Position numbers and translations under genes: made by a program. This document shows positions 50,563 to 64,000 of a stretch of DNA of 64,000 nt, in pieces. Below the pieces are notes generated by a model. The model did not search any database and had not been told where the DNA came from. It worked only from the letters and a program-made list of their open reading frames with translations. The stretch comes from Octopus vulgaris (lineage: Eukaryota): the NCBI GenBank assembly GCA_951406725.2, contig OX597814.1, positions 172,298,001-172,362,000 on the forward strand, read 5' to 3'. The first letter of the stretch is position 1; each line of letters opens with the position of its first letter.

Positions 50563-50764
50563 AAGTTAATCCAAACATGAAAACACAAAGAGAAAACACA
50601 ACGCGAGGACGTGGAACAAGTATAGTGTTATTGGACGTTCAGAAAACGAAATAAAGAGGATTTAACGTTTCGAGCGTAGCTCTCCTTCAGAAATATAGGA
50701 AAAGGAAAGATCCAAGGAAGAGATGACGGAGGAAGAAAAATCGCCAACGATACACGCGCGGTCA
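50563..50764 (-). mobile_element. Family E element with HHR-like motif (50660-50694)
   Basis: Minus strand: ATTT CTGAAGG A GAGC-TAC-GCTC GAAAC GTT AAAT. Confidence 0.72.
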
Positions 50765-51044
50765 TATATATATAAACGTATATATATATACGTATATATA
50801 AATTAAATTAGAGATAAAACCACAATTAGGCAAATCAAACTGAAAAACATAAACCAAAACTTAAGAATAAACAAAAATTAATATAATTTACAATATATAT
50901 AAAATATAAAATTTAAAATTTAAATTATTCAAATTTAAAATTATTAATTTATATTTATATATATGATTTTCTTTTAAAATTATATATAACTATCATAAAA
51001 TATTAAAAAGTTTATTATAAGATACGCATATACATCTGCATAAA

Positions 51045-51124
<80 letters not shown>

Positions 51125-51655
51125 TATATGTCTATATATATAGATTGTTAGATAAATACACACACATACATACGTACATACATACATACATACATACATA
51201 CATACATACATACATACATACATACATACACGCATACATAATACATAATACATATATACGTACATGCATGAATACATAAAGACATTGATATGACTTACCC
51301 AATGCGATGTCATAGACGTATGTGAGTGTGGATGCGAATAGCGTGTCTGTGAATAGAATAAACCTTACGATGCACATATGCGTGTTTCAATGTTGCGAGT
51401 AATATACGTCAAATATATACATACAACAAATAGATATATATACCCGTCAATATTGTATACGTGTATTCATCCCATGAGATTGCTCGACACAGGATATATC
51501 AGCTAAGCATAATATTTATGAACAGGAAAATGGAAATTCTTCATATAGAGCTGACCTCAACACTAATCGTAATAGCTATAGCCAAACATATAGCTAAGTT
51601 TTCAAGCAATCATGGAGAAGTAATAATAATGATAATAATAATAATAATAATAATG

Positions 51656-51698
<43 letters not shown>

Positions 51699-51909
51699 TA
51701 ATAATAATAATGATAATAATAATAATAATAACATTAATAATAATGATAACATAATAGCAACAATAATAATAGTAATAATAATAATGATAATATTATCTTA
51801 TTAATATTATCACTATTATTATTATCATTATTATTATTATTATTATCATTATTATTATTATTATTATCATTATTATTATTATTATTATTATTATCATCAT
51901 CATCATCAC

Positions 51910-51980
<71 letters not shown>

Positions 51981-52415
51981 TTTTATTTATTGCCGCAAGG
52001 GAAAAGGCTGAGGGGACATAGTCGGGTCAAAGTGTTATAAAATTAATAATAAAGATAATAACGTTGATAAGGTTTAATAAGTATATACCCGAATGTTTTT
52101 CCCTGATGTTGAAAACATGGTGAAAACCATGATGATGATGATGATGATGATGGTGATGATGAGATGGTAGAGATGGAAGGGTTAATAACAATAATAATAA
52201 TAACAACAACAACAAAAATCATGCTAATAATAATCACAAACAATGTATATAATAGGGTAATAAATAAAAAAAAAGTTGCTGCATTATAGGAGCAACGAAA
52301 AAAAAATATTTATATGAATGCAAAACAGAGAGAAGTTTTATCCCTCGTGGAAAAGGCAGACAGTAAAAAGAAAAGTTGTGGATACCTAAGTGATTGGAAA
52401 GAATTTTATAAATAT

Positions 52416-52461
<46 letters not shown>

Positions 52462-52604
52462 AATATGTATATATACATGCATTTATACACATGTATATAT
52501 ACATGTATATATACTTAAATGTATACAAATATACATACATATATATACCTACACACATGTGTATGGATATTTATGCGAGTATATATATATATATACATAC
52601 ATAT

Positions 52605-52704
<100 letters not shown>

Positions 52705-53021
52705 TGCATACAATATCTAGGCAGATAGATATAATGTTATATTATACTACAATATATCATATTGCATTACATTATATTATTATATTGTAATGCATGGTAT
52801 TATATATGTATATTTATGTTTATGTAAGATATTCAACGACCCAGGAGGACAATTGTATCAAACAAAAAGAAATCTTTTAACAACAAAAAACAAATAACAC
52901 CTACAAGTTCACTAAAAACGGTAGCATTTTCGTCGTCCTTCCCTTCTTTCTTATCTTTTTGGCATATGAATGAAATATAAATAATAATGATAAAAATATC
53001 GGCAAAATAACAATAATAATA

Positions 53022-53067
<46 letters not shown>

Positions 53068-53120
53068 TAGTGATAATGATAATAATAATAATAATAATAA
53101 TAATAATAGTAATAATAATG

Positions 53121-53206
<86 letters not shown>

Positions 53207-53304
53207 GCTACTACTGTTACGGCTACAAGTTGTATGAATAAAAGTATTAACAATATGATACTAATAAATAATACTGCTCATAATAACTATTATTATTATT
53301 ATTG

Positions 53305-53375
<71 letters not shown>

Positions 53376-53627
53376 AAAAACACTACCTACCTAAAACAAC
53401 ATCAAGAAGAACAAATATTGAGAAGGCACCGACGGCAATGACGATAAAACTGATGACAGTGATGGCAAGAAGATTTACGAAAACATGTTATTCCGTTATG
53501 GCAAATTTCGTTTTATGGGGCAAAAATATATTCGACCGTCTTGAGAATAATACGCTTAGGCCAGTCGAACTTGGAGTTCATGTACAGCTATATATCAATT
53601 TTTTAACATACTTTTTTTTCTGGCTTT

Positions 53628-53668
<41 letters not shown>

Positions 53669-53820
53669 CTCTCTCTCTCTCTCATACACACACACTCTCC
53701 CTCACACACACATTTGTATATAAATATATAAATATATAGCATATATGTACATATGTACGTATATATACATATATATAGACTTATGTACATCTACATCTCT
53801 ATATACATATATAAATATAT

Positions 53821-53878
<58 letters not shown>

Positions 53879-53978
53879 ATATACATATATATATAAATAT
53901 ATGTTTATATATATATATTATATAGCGCAAAAAGGCGGTGCATCAGCAACGGCCGCAGCTATGAGCTGAAACTTTAAA

Positions 53979-54026
<48 letters not shown>

Positions 54027-54035
54027 AATAAGAAA

Positions 54036-54112
<77 letters not shown>

Positions 54113-56226
54113 GTGAGCGCGCATACATTCATACACACATGCTTGTACACGTCGTTTGAAGTCATACGGCTTTGAGGATCAGGTGTTTGGCTTAAGTGTG
54201 TTCGATTTCCCGCATGTGTAGAGAGTTGGTTCTCGAACAAACCACTTTATTTCATATTGCTCCACCACACGCAGCTGAAAATCGAACACCAGCCTTTAGC
54301 AAAAGTATATCATTCTTCTTTGGATTGGAATCTGAAAAACGTTATTCAATCTCACCAATGGCGCTTCATAACCAACTTTAGTAATTCAGTGCATATTCTC
54401 TAACTTCGCTGGATCAAGTTTGACAGGACGGAGAATGTGTCTGCAACTGCTAGTAATTGCAAAACCATACAAACTATTAGCAAAACATGCTGTTCGTTTG
54501 TTAGACGCCGATATTGGCGTGAATTAAAAACAGAACATCGTCGGTCTGCATATGATGGTTCCAGTTAAGTATCCTTTCCATAAATATCTGTGCAAATATG
54601 TTTTGCGAAAAAACAAAAACAAAGGGTGAATAAAAACGGAAAAAGAAAGGAAAGAAAAAAAAGGAAACCAAGAATTGCTGCCTGTTTGTCCGTAGAAATC
54701 ATAATCTAGACGGTGTAGAATAATTCCATGGCGAGAAGGTCAAAGACTGCTCAATCTGGACACGAAAGTGTCGTCCAGCTCGATAGAAGAAACTTTTAGA
54801 GCACACATTCCTTTTAAATTCAAGATTCCCACCACAGATCCAAAATCTTCAGCAGATGCAAACACATGGTCAAATTTCTTTTGTCGAGCTGGAGATCATA
54901 ACCTTCTGCAAATTGAGCAACAGTCTTGCTACCCTTAGCCTCCTCACCGTTGATTAATTTTTTCTACCGACATAGCGGACGCAACCCTTAGTTTTATTTC
55001 TTTTTTCAATTTTATCACCATTTGTCCTGGCCATTAAACATTAAGGATTCAACCCATTCTAAGTTAATGTTCAACAAAAATGCGGCCAATAGTTAAACTT
55101 AATTATGCTTTTGTTAAAAATTCAGTAAAATTTGATATTTTAAAAGACATATTAAAATGCTATTTTCCTCCTTTGCTCCCCTTGAGGTTATTTTCTTTGT
55201 TGCCCATGAATTTTACTTACGATTTCATCTATTATATACTTAAAGCCATTTCACTCCTTGATAGAGTCTCGTTACAATGATCACTGCGTTGTTAAATAAA
55301 GTTTTATCGTACAAGGTGCAAGATAATGAGTGATTGATGTTTTTCAAAAGAGAGTGGAACACGAAGGCTTACTGCACATTGCTAGAAGGGACATATGATA
55401 AAAATATGAATTGTAATGTGGAACGAAATATCAAACTATAATAAAATAACTAAAATTGACTACAAGCATCGTCAGAGTTTCATGACTGAGATAGGGAAAA
55501 ATAATAATAAAAATAACATGTGTCCCCTACATATTGTTTTTAGGGAGAGTCTTTAAGACACAACATGTGAGAAGGAAAGATATTTGAATTAGAGATACAG
55601 ACCAACTGATATGCTTCCACGCAGTTCATGGCTAACCAGATTCTCATATATTAGATAATACTGACACAGGGTATAGGAAAAGACACATAGCCAAGAAATC
55701 TGGTTGTAAGATCGAATTTGAGACCTTACGGCGCAGAAGGTATCTCATACAATTGTATCCACACATATGCACCCAATCATATATTCGTTACGCTTCATAT
55801 ACATTTCGTGTGTGTGTGTGTGTGTATGTGTTTGGAACAACTGTGTGTCGTACATGAGCTCTTTCCCTCCATCAAATCGACAATTCCTCCAGAAGTACAC
55901 GATGATTCAAACGTCAAATGTCCAAGTGATCGGAGGGCAATGTGAAATGAATTGTTGCTCTCGGCCGAGGAATTACGATCTTACGACTGCGACTGCAACA
56001 ATCTAACCAATAATAGGTCACACGCTACCCGCCATTGCAATTATATATGTGTGTGTGTGCGTGTGTATGTGTGTGTCCTCGTAACTTAGCGACAGAATAA
56101 AAACTAGGCTTACAAAGAATATGTCCAGGGGTCAAATTTTTTGACTAAAACCTTTTAAGGTAGTGCTCCAGTACGGCCGCAATCAAATGGCTGAAACGTG
56201 TAAAGAAATAAAAGAATATACATTGA

Positions 56227-56622
56227 GGCTGTGTGGTATGTAGCTTGCTTACCAACCACATGGTTCCGGGTTAAGTCCAACTGCGTGACACTTTGGGCAA
56301 GTGTCTTCTACTATAGCCTCGGGCCGACCAAAGCCTTGTGAGTGGATTTGGCAGACGGAAACTGAAAGATGCCCGTCGTATATATGTATATATATATATG
56401 TGTGTGTGTGCGTTTGTGTGTCGGTGATTGTCCCACCAACATCGCTTGACAACCGATGCTGGTGTGTTTACTTCGCCGTAACTTAGCGGTTCGGCAAAAG
56501 AGCCAATAGAATAAGTACTAGGCTTAGAAAGACTAAGTCCTGGGGTAGATTTGCTCGACTAAAGGTGGTGTTCCAGCATGGCCACAATCAAATAACTAAA
56601 ACAAGTAAAAGAGTAAAAGAGA
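56227..56622 (+). mobile_element. SINE family A, near full length (preceded by a second 3' half at about 56050-56215)
   Basis: GGCTGTGTGGTA..GGTTCCGGGTTAAGTCC..TTGGGCAAGTG..AAACAAGTAAAAGAGTAAAAGAG. Confidence 0.9.
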
Positions 56623-56909
56623 ATAAAATGTATATGTGTATATATATATGCGTGTGTGTGTGTGTGTGTGTATGAGTGAGTGTGTGTCTCTGTGTGTGCG
56701 TTTGTGTATACGTAAAAGAATGGATATGAAAGTGCAAGGTAGGAAAATGTCGAAAATAAAAGTCATCCAGCGATAGGCCATAATTCATTCTGTATATTAT
56801 TTAGAAAGAGGAGGCTGAAATTGCTAGAAAACGGGAACGTCTTTAGAAAATTGCACAATGTAAGGTCTAGCACAACGGGATTGTTAAACATGACACTTAC
56901 AAGCACAAC

Positions 56910-57470
<561 letters not shown>

Positions 57471-57806
57471 TGCACGCTTTTACATATGCATATAATATAT
57501 ATTCCGACATTGTTGCAAAAGTGAATTGACACGTAGAATATATTATACATTCCGATCAACTGAGCTTATCATCTCAAGTTAATGATTCGTTATAACTATA
57601 CGCCTTCCCTACATACTGACAACTTTTTCTCACCCCATGCCGGTCACCTCATGTAGTAACAATTTTTGAAACCTTTCACACCAACCCTTGTCACCTGAAT
57701 ATCATTCGAAACCCACCTCCTTGTCTTCTGATATGTAATAAGTTCTTTTGTCTGCCTCAACCCCTACCGACAATAACATACGTACATACACGCATACATA
57801 CATGCA

Positions 57807-57866
<60 letters not shown>

Positions 57867-57992
57867 TAGATAGATAGATAGATATGTGTGTGTGTGTATG
57901 TGTGTGTATAGAAATATATAGATACATAGACATATGCTTATCTACTTTTATGCCCGCATACAGATGTTTTGTGTGTATATATATATGTGTGT

Positions 57993-58031
<39 letters not shown>

Positions 58032-58053
58032 GTATGTATGTATTCATGTATGC

Positions 58054-58095
<42 letters not shown>

Positions 58096-58217
58096 GTACA
58101 ATATATATATATATATGTAATATATGTATGTATTTATTCATGTATACATGTATATATACGTACAATATATATATATATATATGTAATATATATATGTATG
58201 TATGTATTCATGTATGC

Positions 58218-58258
<41 letters not shown>

Positions 58259-58389
58259 TATATATATATATACGTACACATCTTCTACACATGCACTTTC
58301 CACGTTAAGGCTAACATAACCAAGTCTCGTTAACTTACTCAAGTCTCTCGTTCTTTCTTCTCCCTCTCTCTCTCTCTCTCTTATCTCTT

Positions 58390-58429
<40 letters not shown>

Positions 58430-58500
58430 ACACACACAGTTTCTCTCTCTGTCTTTCTCATACATGCACATACTTATACACGTTTCTTCGTTCGTTCCCG

Positions 58501-58532
<32 letters not shown>

Positions 58533-59177
58533 GATATTCACCCCATACACCTCCATATGCATTCTCTTCACAAATTCCTTCTTTTCTCCGCCATTTTTCT
58601 TGCTTCTTATCTACCGCTCTTACCCCCTTCCCCTTCTATCCCATTCTACCCCCTTTCGTCTATCTCTATATCCTTTTTCTCCCGTACGACCTCCCTCACC
58701 TATCACCTCATCCTTTCCCATCACCCTCTCGCCCCAGCCACACAACACCCCCCTCCCACGCCACGCCACACCACACAGATATATAATGATCCCGACGGCA
58801 TTTTATCTATTACCCCCAAGCACAATACCCTCAGAACTGGTTCTGTACTTTTCAAATTGATCTGTCCCTCTTTCTCTCGGGGCCATTTAACCGATTAGTG
58901 TGGAAACATGCAGATGCATGTCCTGTTTTTCACACAAAACCTGATTCCTTTTCACCCTCAAGTTATCGCTTTCATTGTTGTCTTTTCTTATTTCCATATA
59001 TTAAAAATGACCATTATTATTAATCAATAAACTCTCTCTCCCGCTTTAAAGCTCCCTACTGTTGTTATTGTTGCTGTTGCAGTTGTTGTCGCCGTCGTTG
59101 TCGTCGTCGTCGTTGTTGTTGTTGCTCTTCTTCTTCAACTTCCTCTTCTATTTCTTCTTCTATTTCTTCTTCAATTT

Positions 59178-59225
59178 CATCATCATCATCATCATCATCC
59201 TCATCATCATCATCACCATCATCAC

Positions 59226-59259
<34 letters not shown>

Positions 59260-59346
59260 TTCTTCTTCTTCTTCTTCTTCTTCTTCTTCTTCTTCTTCTT
59301 CTTCATCATCATCATCATCATCATCATTATCATCATCATCATCATT

Positions 59347-59382
<36 letters not shown>

Positions 59383-59405
59383 TTCTTCAACTTCTTCTTC
59401 TTCTT

Positions 59406-59454
<49 letters not shown>

Positions 59455-59510
59455 TTCTTCTTCTTCTTCTTCTTCTTCTCCTTCTTCTTCTTCTTCTTCT
59501 TCTTCTTCAT
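59178..59510. repeat. Alternating (ATC)n and (TTC)n trinucleotide blocks
   Basis: Directly visible; explains the poly-I/F and poly-K/M ORFs. Confidence 0.95.
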
Positions 59511-60217
59511 TTCTCTTCGTATTCTTTACCTTTTTCATCGTCATCTTCTTTATATATTCTTCCACTTCCTCCTCCTTCTCATCGACATCATCATCTTTTC
59601 CTTTTTTCACCTTCTTCATTTACTTCCTCCTTCTCATCATCTATCTACCTTTCTCCTTTTTTTTCTACATCGTCTTCCTCTATTTGTCGCCATTAGGAAT
59701 AATTCAATTTTTTTCAGTCATCTCTACGTTCTGTGTTCAAATCCAGATTCTCTACTAAGAGACATTTTATTGACTCCTATCTTTGGCAGACATAACGACC
59801 AGGTAGAGATTCTTCCCCCCTCTCTCTCACTCTCTCTCTCTCCCTCTCTCTCATACTCTCTCTCACACTCTCTCCTTCACTCTCTCTTATGTTACATCGA
59901 ATATTATTGTTTGTTTCCAGATCAGTTCTGATTGAACACCTTTGACTCAGCGTTTTCCAGCTTTGACCATCTCGTCTGATTTGTGTGTCAGCCCTAATCA
60001 ACTCAGAGACAAAGCCCCATCGTTGGAATTTAGATATCGGTAAAAAGCTAGATATTGACATTGCATATTTTTACTGCTCTATTTACAATTTACAGGTTGT
60101 ATTTGTAAAGTTCGCGTTAGTGAGCCCTACACTTTGCCGAGAAATTCCCGCCTCAGCTTTTTGAGAATAGCAATTAAACACTTGCTAACGTAGACAAATG
60201 TAATATGTTCATGTATA

Positions 60218-60253
<36 letters not shown>

Positions 60254-60513
60254 TGTATGTATGTATGTATGTATGTATGTGTGCATTATGTATGTATGTA
60301 TGTATGTATTTATGCATGAGTACGTTTACAGATACAAAATAAATACATGCATACAAGTGTTTTAATCAAAATTATTTGATCAAGGAAATACTAGATAATC
60401 CATAGTGGCACCTTGGGCAGATGTCTTCTGCTAAAGCCTCACTCCATAGGCGCAATCCAATGATTGAAATAAGTAAAAGATGAAAGATATGTATGTATAT
60501 ATACACACTTATA

Positions 60514-61802
60514 CGAGGGACGTTCAATAAGTAATGCCTCTGACCCACTTGCAGTTGTTTGATCTAGCTGAAATTTTGCATGTGCAATTATTTATATCTC
60601 TATAGAGTAAGTGGAAAATTACAGCTCTGAATTAATTGTGGTTTCTGATTTACAGGTGTTTGAACCGAGTCAAGTGTGAAATGGAGTTTGTTGAGTGTCG
60701 AGCAGTGATCCGGTTTTTGTATTTGAAAGGACGCACACTACGGGAGACTTTTGATGAAATGAAAGTAACTTATGGTGATGATGCCCCATCATATGACCTT
60801 GTAAAACGCTGGCATCGTGAATTCAAACATGGCCGGAACTCTGTGGAAACAGCTCCCAGATCTGGTCGCCCCCTTCTGCCATTGATGAGGCATCTGTCCG
60901 TCAAGTTGAGGCTGCCATTTTGGAAGATCGACGCATAATTATTCGCCAAATAGCCCATGAGGTCAAGATTAGTACCGGCTCTGTGGAAACTATCATTCAT
61001 GACCATTTGCATATGCAAAAGGTGTCTGCCAGATGAATTCCCAGGTTGCTCACGCCTTTCCAGAAGCAAGAACGCGTCGAGTGCTCGAGGGTGAATTTGG
61101 AGATGTGCCAAGAAGATGAGTCAAAATTTTTCAAAAGACTGATTACACAGGATGAAATCTGGGTCCATCACGATGATCCAGAGACCAAATCCCAGTCAAT
61201 GCAGTGAAAGCACCGTGACTCACCCCTCCAAAGAAGGCAAGGGTGCAGCCCTCCGCTGGCAATGTCATGCTCACAGTCTTCTGGGACCAGGACGGAGTAG
61301 TGACGACAGATTTTTTGGCAAAGGGTACCACAATTGCAGGAGCCTATTATGCTTCACTTTTGAGGAAATTAAGAGAAGTTATCAAAATCAAGAGGCGGGG
61401 CAAGATCAGCAAAGTCATCCTCCTCCTGCAGGACAACGCTCCGGTCCACAACTCGCTTGTCGCCAGATCAGAAGCACAGGCGTATGGCTATGAACTCCTC
61501 CCAATCCCCCTACTTTCCTGACCTTGCACCCTCTGATTTTCACCTCTTCCCAATCATGAAGTTGTTTTTGAAAGGAAAGCGTTTCCCAGATGATGCAGCC
61601 TTGATTTCTGAAGTCACGTTGAGGTTGGAGGACCAAGCTGGGTTCTTCTACAAAAACGGTCTCCAGAGCCGCATCAAACGATGGGAGAAATGCGTAACTC
61701 TGGGTGGTTCCTATGTAGAAAAAGACTAATAACTGTGCCAAGTTTCGTTGCTCTACTGCTATGGGAAGTGGGTCAGAGGCATTACTTATTGAACGCCCCT
61801 CG
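60514..61802 (+). mobile_element. Full-length mariner element (1289 bp), irritans-like
   Basis: 37-bp TIRs CGAGGGRCGTTCAATAAGTAATGCCTCTGACCCACTT (1 mismatch), with TA at 60512-60513 and 61803-61804. Confidence 0.95.
60681..61729 (+). pseudogene. Mariner DD34D transposase, disrupted
   Basis: MEFVECRAVIRFLYLKG..RSGRP; R*IPRLL (TGA 61034); ITQDE; Q*KH (TGA 61205); LLQDNAPVH; SPYFPDLAPSDFHLF. Frameshifts are present. Confidence 0.92.
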
Positions 61803-61804
61803 TA

Positions 61805-62332
61805 TTGGGTTGTCCGGAAAGTTCGTGCCGATTTATAGTAGCTTACGTTTCGACTTATTTTAGAACATGGTTGAGTCCATAAAATAGGATTTGACTACAC
61901 CACCATTTAGAGCACCGTTTAAGCTATCTTTTCGTGGAAGAAGGTTTATGTTCCTATTACCTGTGTTAATTTTGTAACCCTTTAAAATAGAAGATAGGAA
62001 AGTTCATTTTCGGCACTTGATGCTTTGGAAACCAGAGAAAAATTGTCGCAGCTCGGCTGGGATGTGTTACCCCACCCTCCATATTCACCAGATATTGCTC
62101 CTTTGGATTTCCACTTATTCAGGTCTCTGCAGATAATCTTAAGGGTAAAAATTTCAAGTCCTTGGATATTCTTTGCCATGAAACCACCTCAGTTCTGGGA
62201 AGAAGGTATTTTCAAGTTAAAGGTAAGATGGAGACGCATTGTGCAACAAAACGGTTCATATTTGATTGATTAAAAATGTAATGACTTTTTTATTTCTTTT
62301 AAAAATCGGCACGAACTTTCCGGACAACCCAA
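61805..62332 (+). mobile_element. Internally deleted mariner (528 bp), mellifera-like
   Basis: Perfect 30-bp TIRs TTGGGTTGTCCGGAAAGTTCGTGCCGATTT with TA on both sides. N-terminal (I)EDRKVHFRHLML is fused to LGWDVLPHPPYSPDIAPLDFHLFRSLQ. Confidence 0.93.
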
Positions 62333-62464
62333 TATATAATTGTACGTATATGTAAATGTATTCACATGTAAGCATAGTTGTTAGTTCTAAAATGTCTATA
62401 AGAGATGTAAGTAGTAACTCTCCTGAAAAGTAATGGCTGTACAAGTATGTATATGTATATATCT

Positions 62465-62695
62465 ATGTGTGTGTGTGTCTTTGTGTCTTTGTGTCTGTGT
62501 TTGTCTCCCCTTAACTGTTTGACAACCAGTGATGGTATGTTTACGTCCCAATAACTTAGCGGTTCGGCAATAGAGACCGATAGAATAAGTACCAGGCTTC
62601 AGAAATAGGTCCTGGGGTGGATATGTTCGACTAAAACTCCTGCAAGGTGATGCTCCAGCATGTTTGCGGTCAAATGATTGAAACAATTAAAAGAA
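62465..62695 (+). mobile_element. SINE family A 3' half
   Basis: TGACAACC..GTTTACGTCCC..AACTTAGCGGTTCGGCAA..GATAGAATAAGTAC..TGCTCCAGCATG. Confidence 0.82.
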
Positions 62696-62706
62696 TTGAA
62701 ACACAC

Positions 62707-62805
<99 letters not shown>

Positions 62806-62882
62806 GTTAAAGAGGACAAGAAACGTTAAGGCAAGGCAAACATCTGAAGTCATATACATTATTATTATTGGAAAAAAATTCA

Positions 62883-62938
62883 GTCTTACAGCTGTTTCTG
62901 GGATATCCCCGAGTATGGGATATTCCGTCATCAGAGAC
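62883..62938 (-). ncRNA. Type I hammerhead ribozyme motif (C3-G8)
   Basis: Minus strand: GTCT [CTGATGA] C-GGAATATCCC-ATACTCG-GGGATATCCC-A [GAAAC] AGCT [GTA] AGAC. Palindromic helix III ACAGCTGT. Confidence 0.78.
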
Positions 62939-63453
62939 AAATAGGGAAATATAGGGCAAATGAGAATGGTATGCATTAATGAGATGATGACATTGAGAAA
63001 GGAAGTAAATGAATAAAAAGGTGAAGAGAGAGAAGAAAAAAGAAGCATAAAAGTTCATTGTTCAACTTTCCGATGTTATAGTTTGAAGGGCCATAGATGG
63101 ACATGGAAGAAAATAAAAGTATTTATAGTGTGTTTACTGCGTCAGGTATTGCGATAAATTTGTAGAATATTTAGAATAATATAGACAATTAAGATAGAAT
63201 GTATTTTAATAACAGTTTCGATTCTGAGTTCAAATCGTACCGAGATCATGCTTGCCATGTATTTTGGGGGGATTTGTACAAACAAAATATCAGTCCAGGT
63301 AAGTCCTTTGTGGCAGCTATTCTATTTTATTTTATATTTCTTTGCTCAAATTCCGGGATTCAAATACTACTCATGAGCATACGAGATGATCATAATTGGT
63401 TAGGACAGCTATAATGGATGGCGAAAAATTATGGCTGTTTTCTGCTGCTGTTG

Positions 63454-63805
63454 CTGTTGAGCGAAGCCGTCTTCGTCCCATTATTGGGAGAAGTCCTAAA
63501 CGTGGTCCTTTGCTATTTGTAAGACCCGCAGAAGAGAAAGCAGGTCAATCCCTGACACCTAGAGCATCAACGGATGGATGAATGCGCATCCAGACTCAGC
63601 GGTTGCGTAGGAAGTCGGGGACAAGAAACAGGAAGAAAGAGTGAGAGAAAGTTGGAGCGAAAGAGTACAACAGGGGTCGCCACCACCCCCTGTCGGAGCC
63701 TCGTGGAGCTTTAAGTGTTTTTGCTCAATAAACACACACAACGCCCGGTTTGGGAATCGAAACCGCGAGTCCGCTGCCCTAACCACTGGGCCATTGCGCC
63801 TCCAC
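63454..63805 (-). mobile_element. SINE family C variant (same head as 13343, different 3' body)
   Basis: 63805-63622 matches 13343-13541. 14-bp TSD TTCTGCTGCTGTTG at 63440-63453 / 63806-63819. Confidence 0.88.
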
Positions 63806-64000
63806 TTCTGCTGCTGTTGAAGGCTGATGCAATGAGAATAACTATATAATTAATTCGAGCCTCTGCCTAAGAAGCTAATGAGTGTACTCTACGCTGCCGC
63901 TTGGCTTGCTAGAAATAGCAATCAAATCTCCTTCAAGCAATGCTGTTTATGGAATATATAATTAAAAATCATGCATGCACTAAGATGCAGACATGCCCTG

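Noticed and set aside
54500-55030. Unique, more GC-balanced block as a coding exon
   Set aside because: The frames I translated close quickly and show no recognisable motif; it may be UTR or regulatory but this is unsupported.
59062-59931. 289-aa poly-I/F ORF resembling a membrane protein
   Set aside because: It is (ATC)n/(TTC)n trinucleotide repeats.

Overview
This is AT-rich, microsatellite-saturated eukaryotic non-coding DNA, most likely from an octopus or other coleoid cephalopod (inferred from the SINE repertoire and repeat landscape). No host gene is confidently identifiable; there is one weak exon candidate at 6730-6847 (-), and nearly all listed ORFs are microsatellite artefacts. Recognisable retroelements are four tRNA-derived SINE families (labelled A-D here: CORE-like, Meta-domain, V-domain-like), a 5'-truncated but open CR1 RT fragment, an RTE fragment and a decayed LINE ORF1 with a zinc knuckle. 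DNA elements are two abutting mariners, a Tigger/pogo-like element, a long-TIR MITE and a Helentron-type HINE. The main hidden signal is about 20 minimal type I hammerhead ribozyme (HHR) motifs, some intact and some decayed. They have palindromic helix III and sit in Penelope-like (pLTR) or retrozyme-like remnants, mostly embedded in (TA)n. Several unrelated copies replace the canonical C3-G8 tertiary pair with compensatory U3-A8 or A3-U8. All structures were folded by eye and none has been tested for activity.
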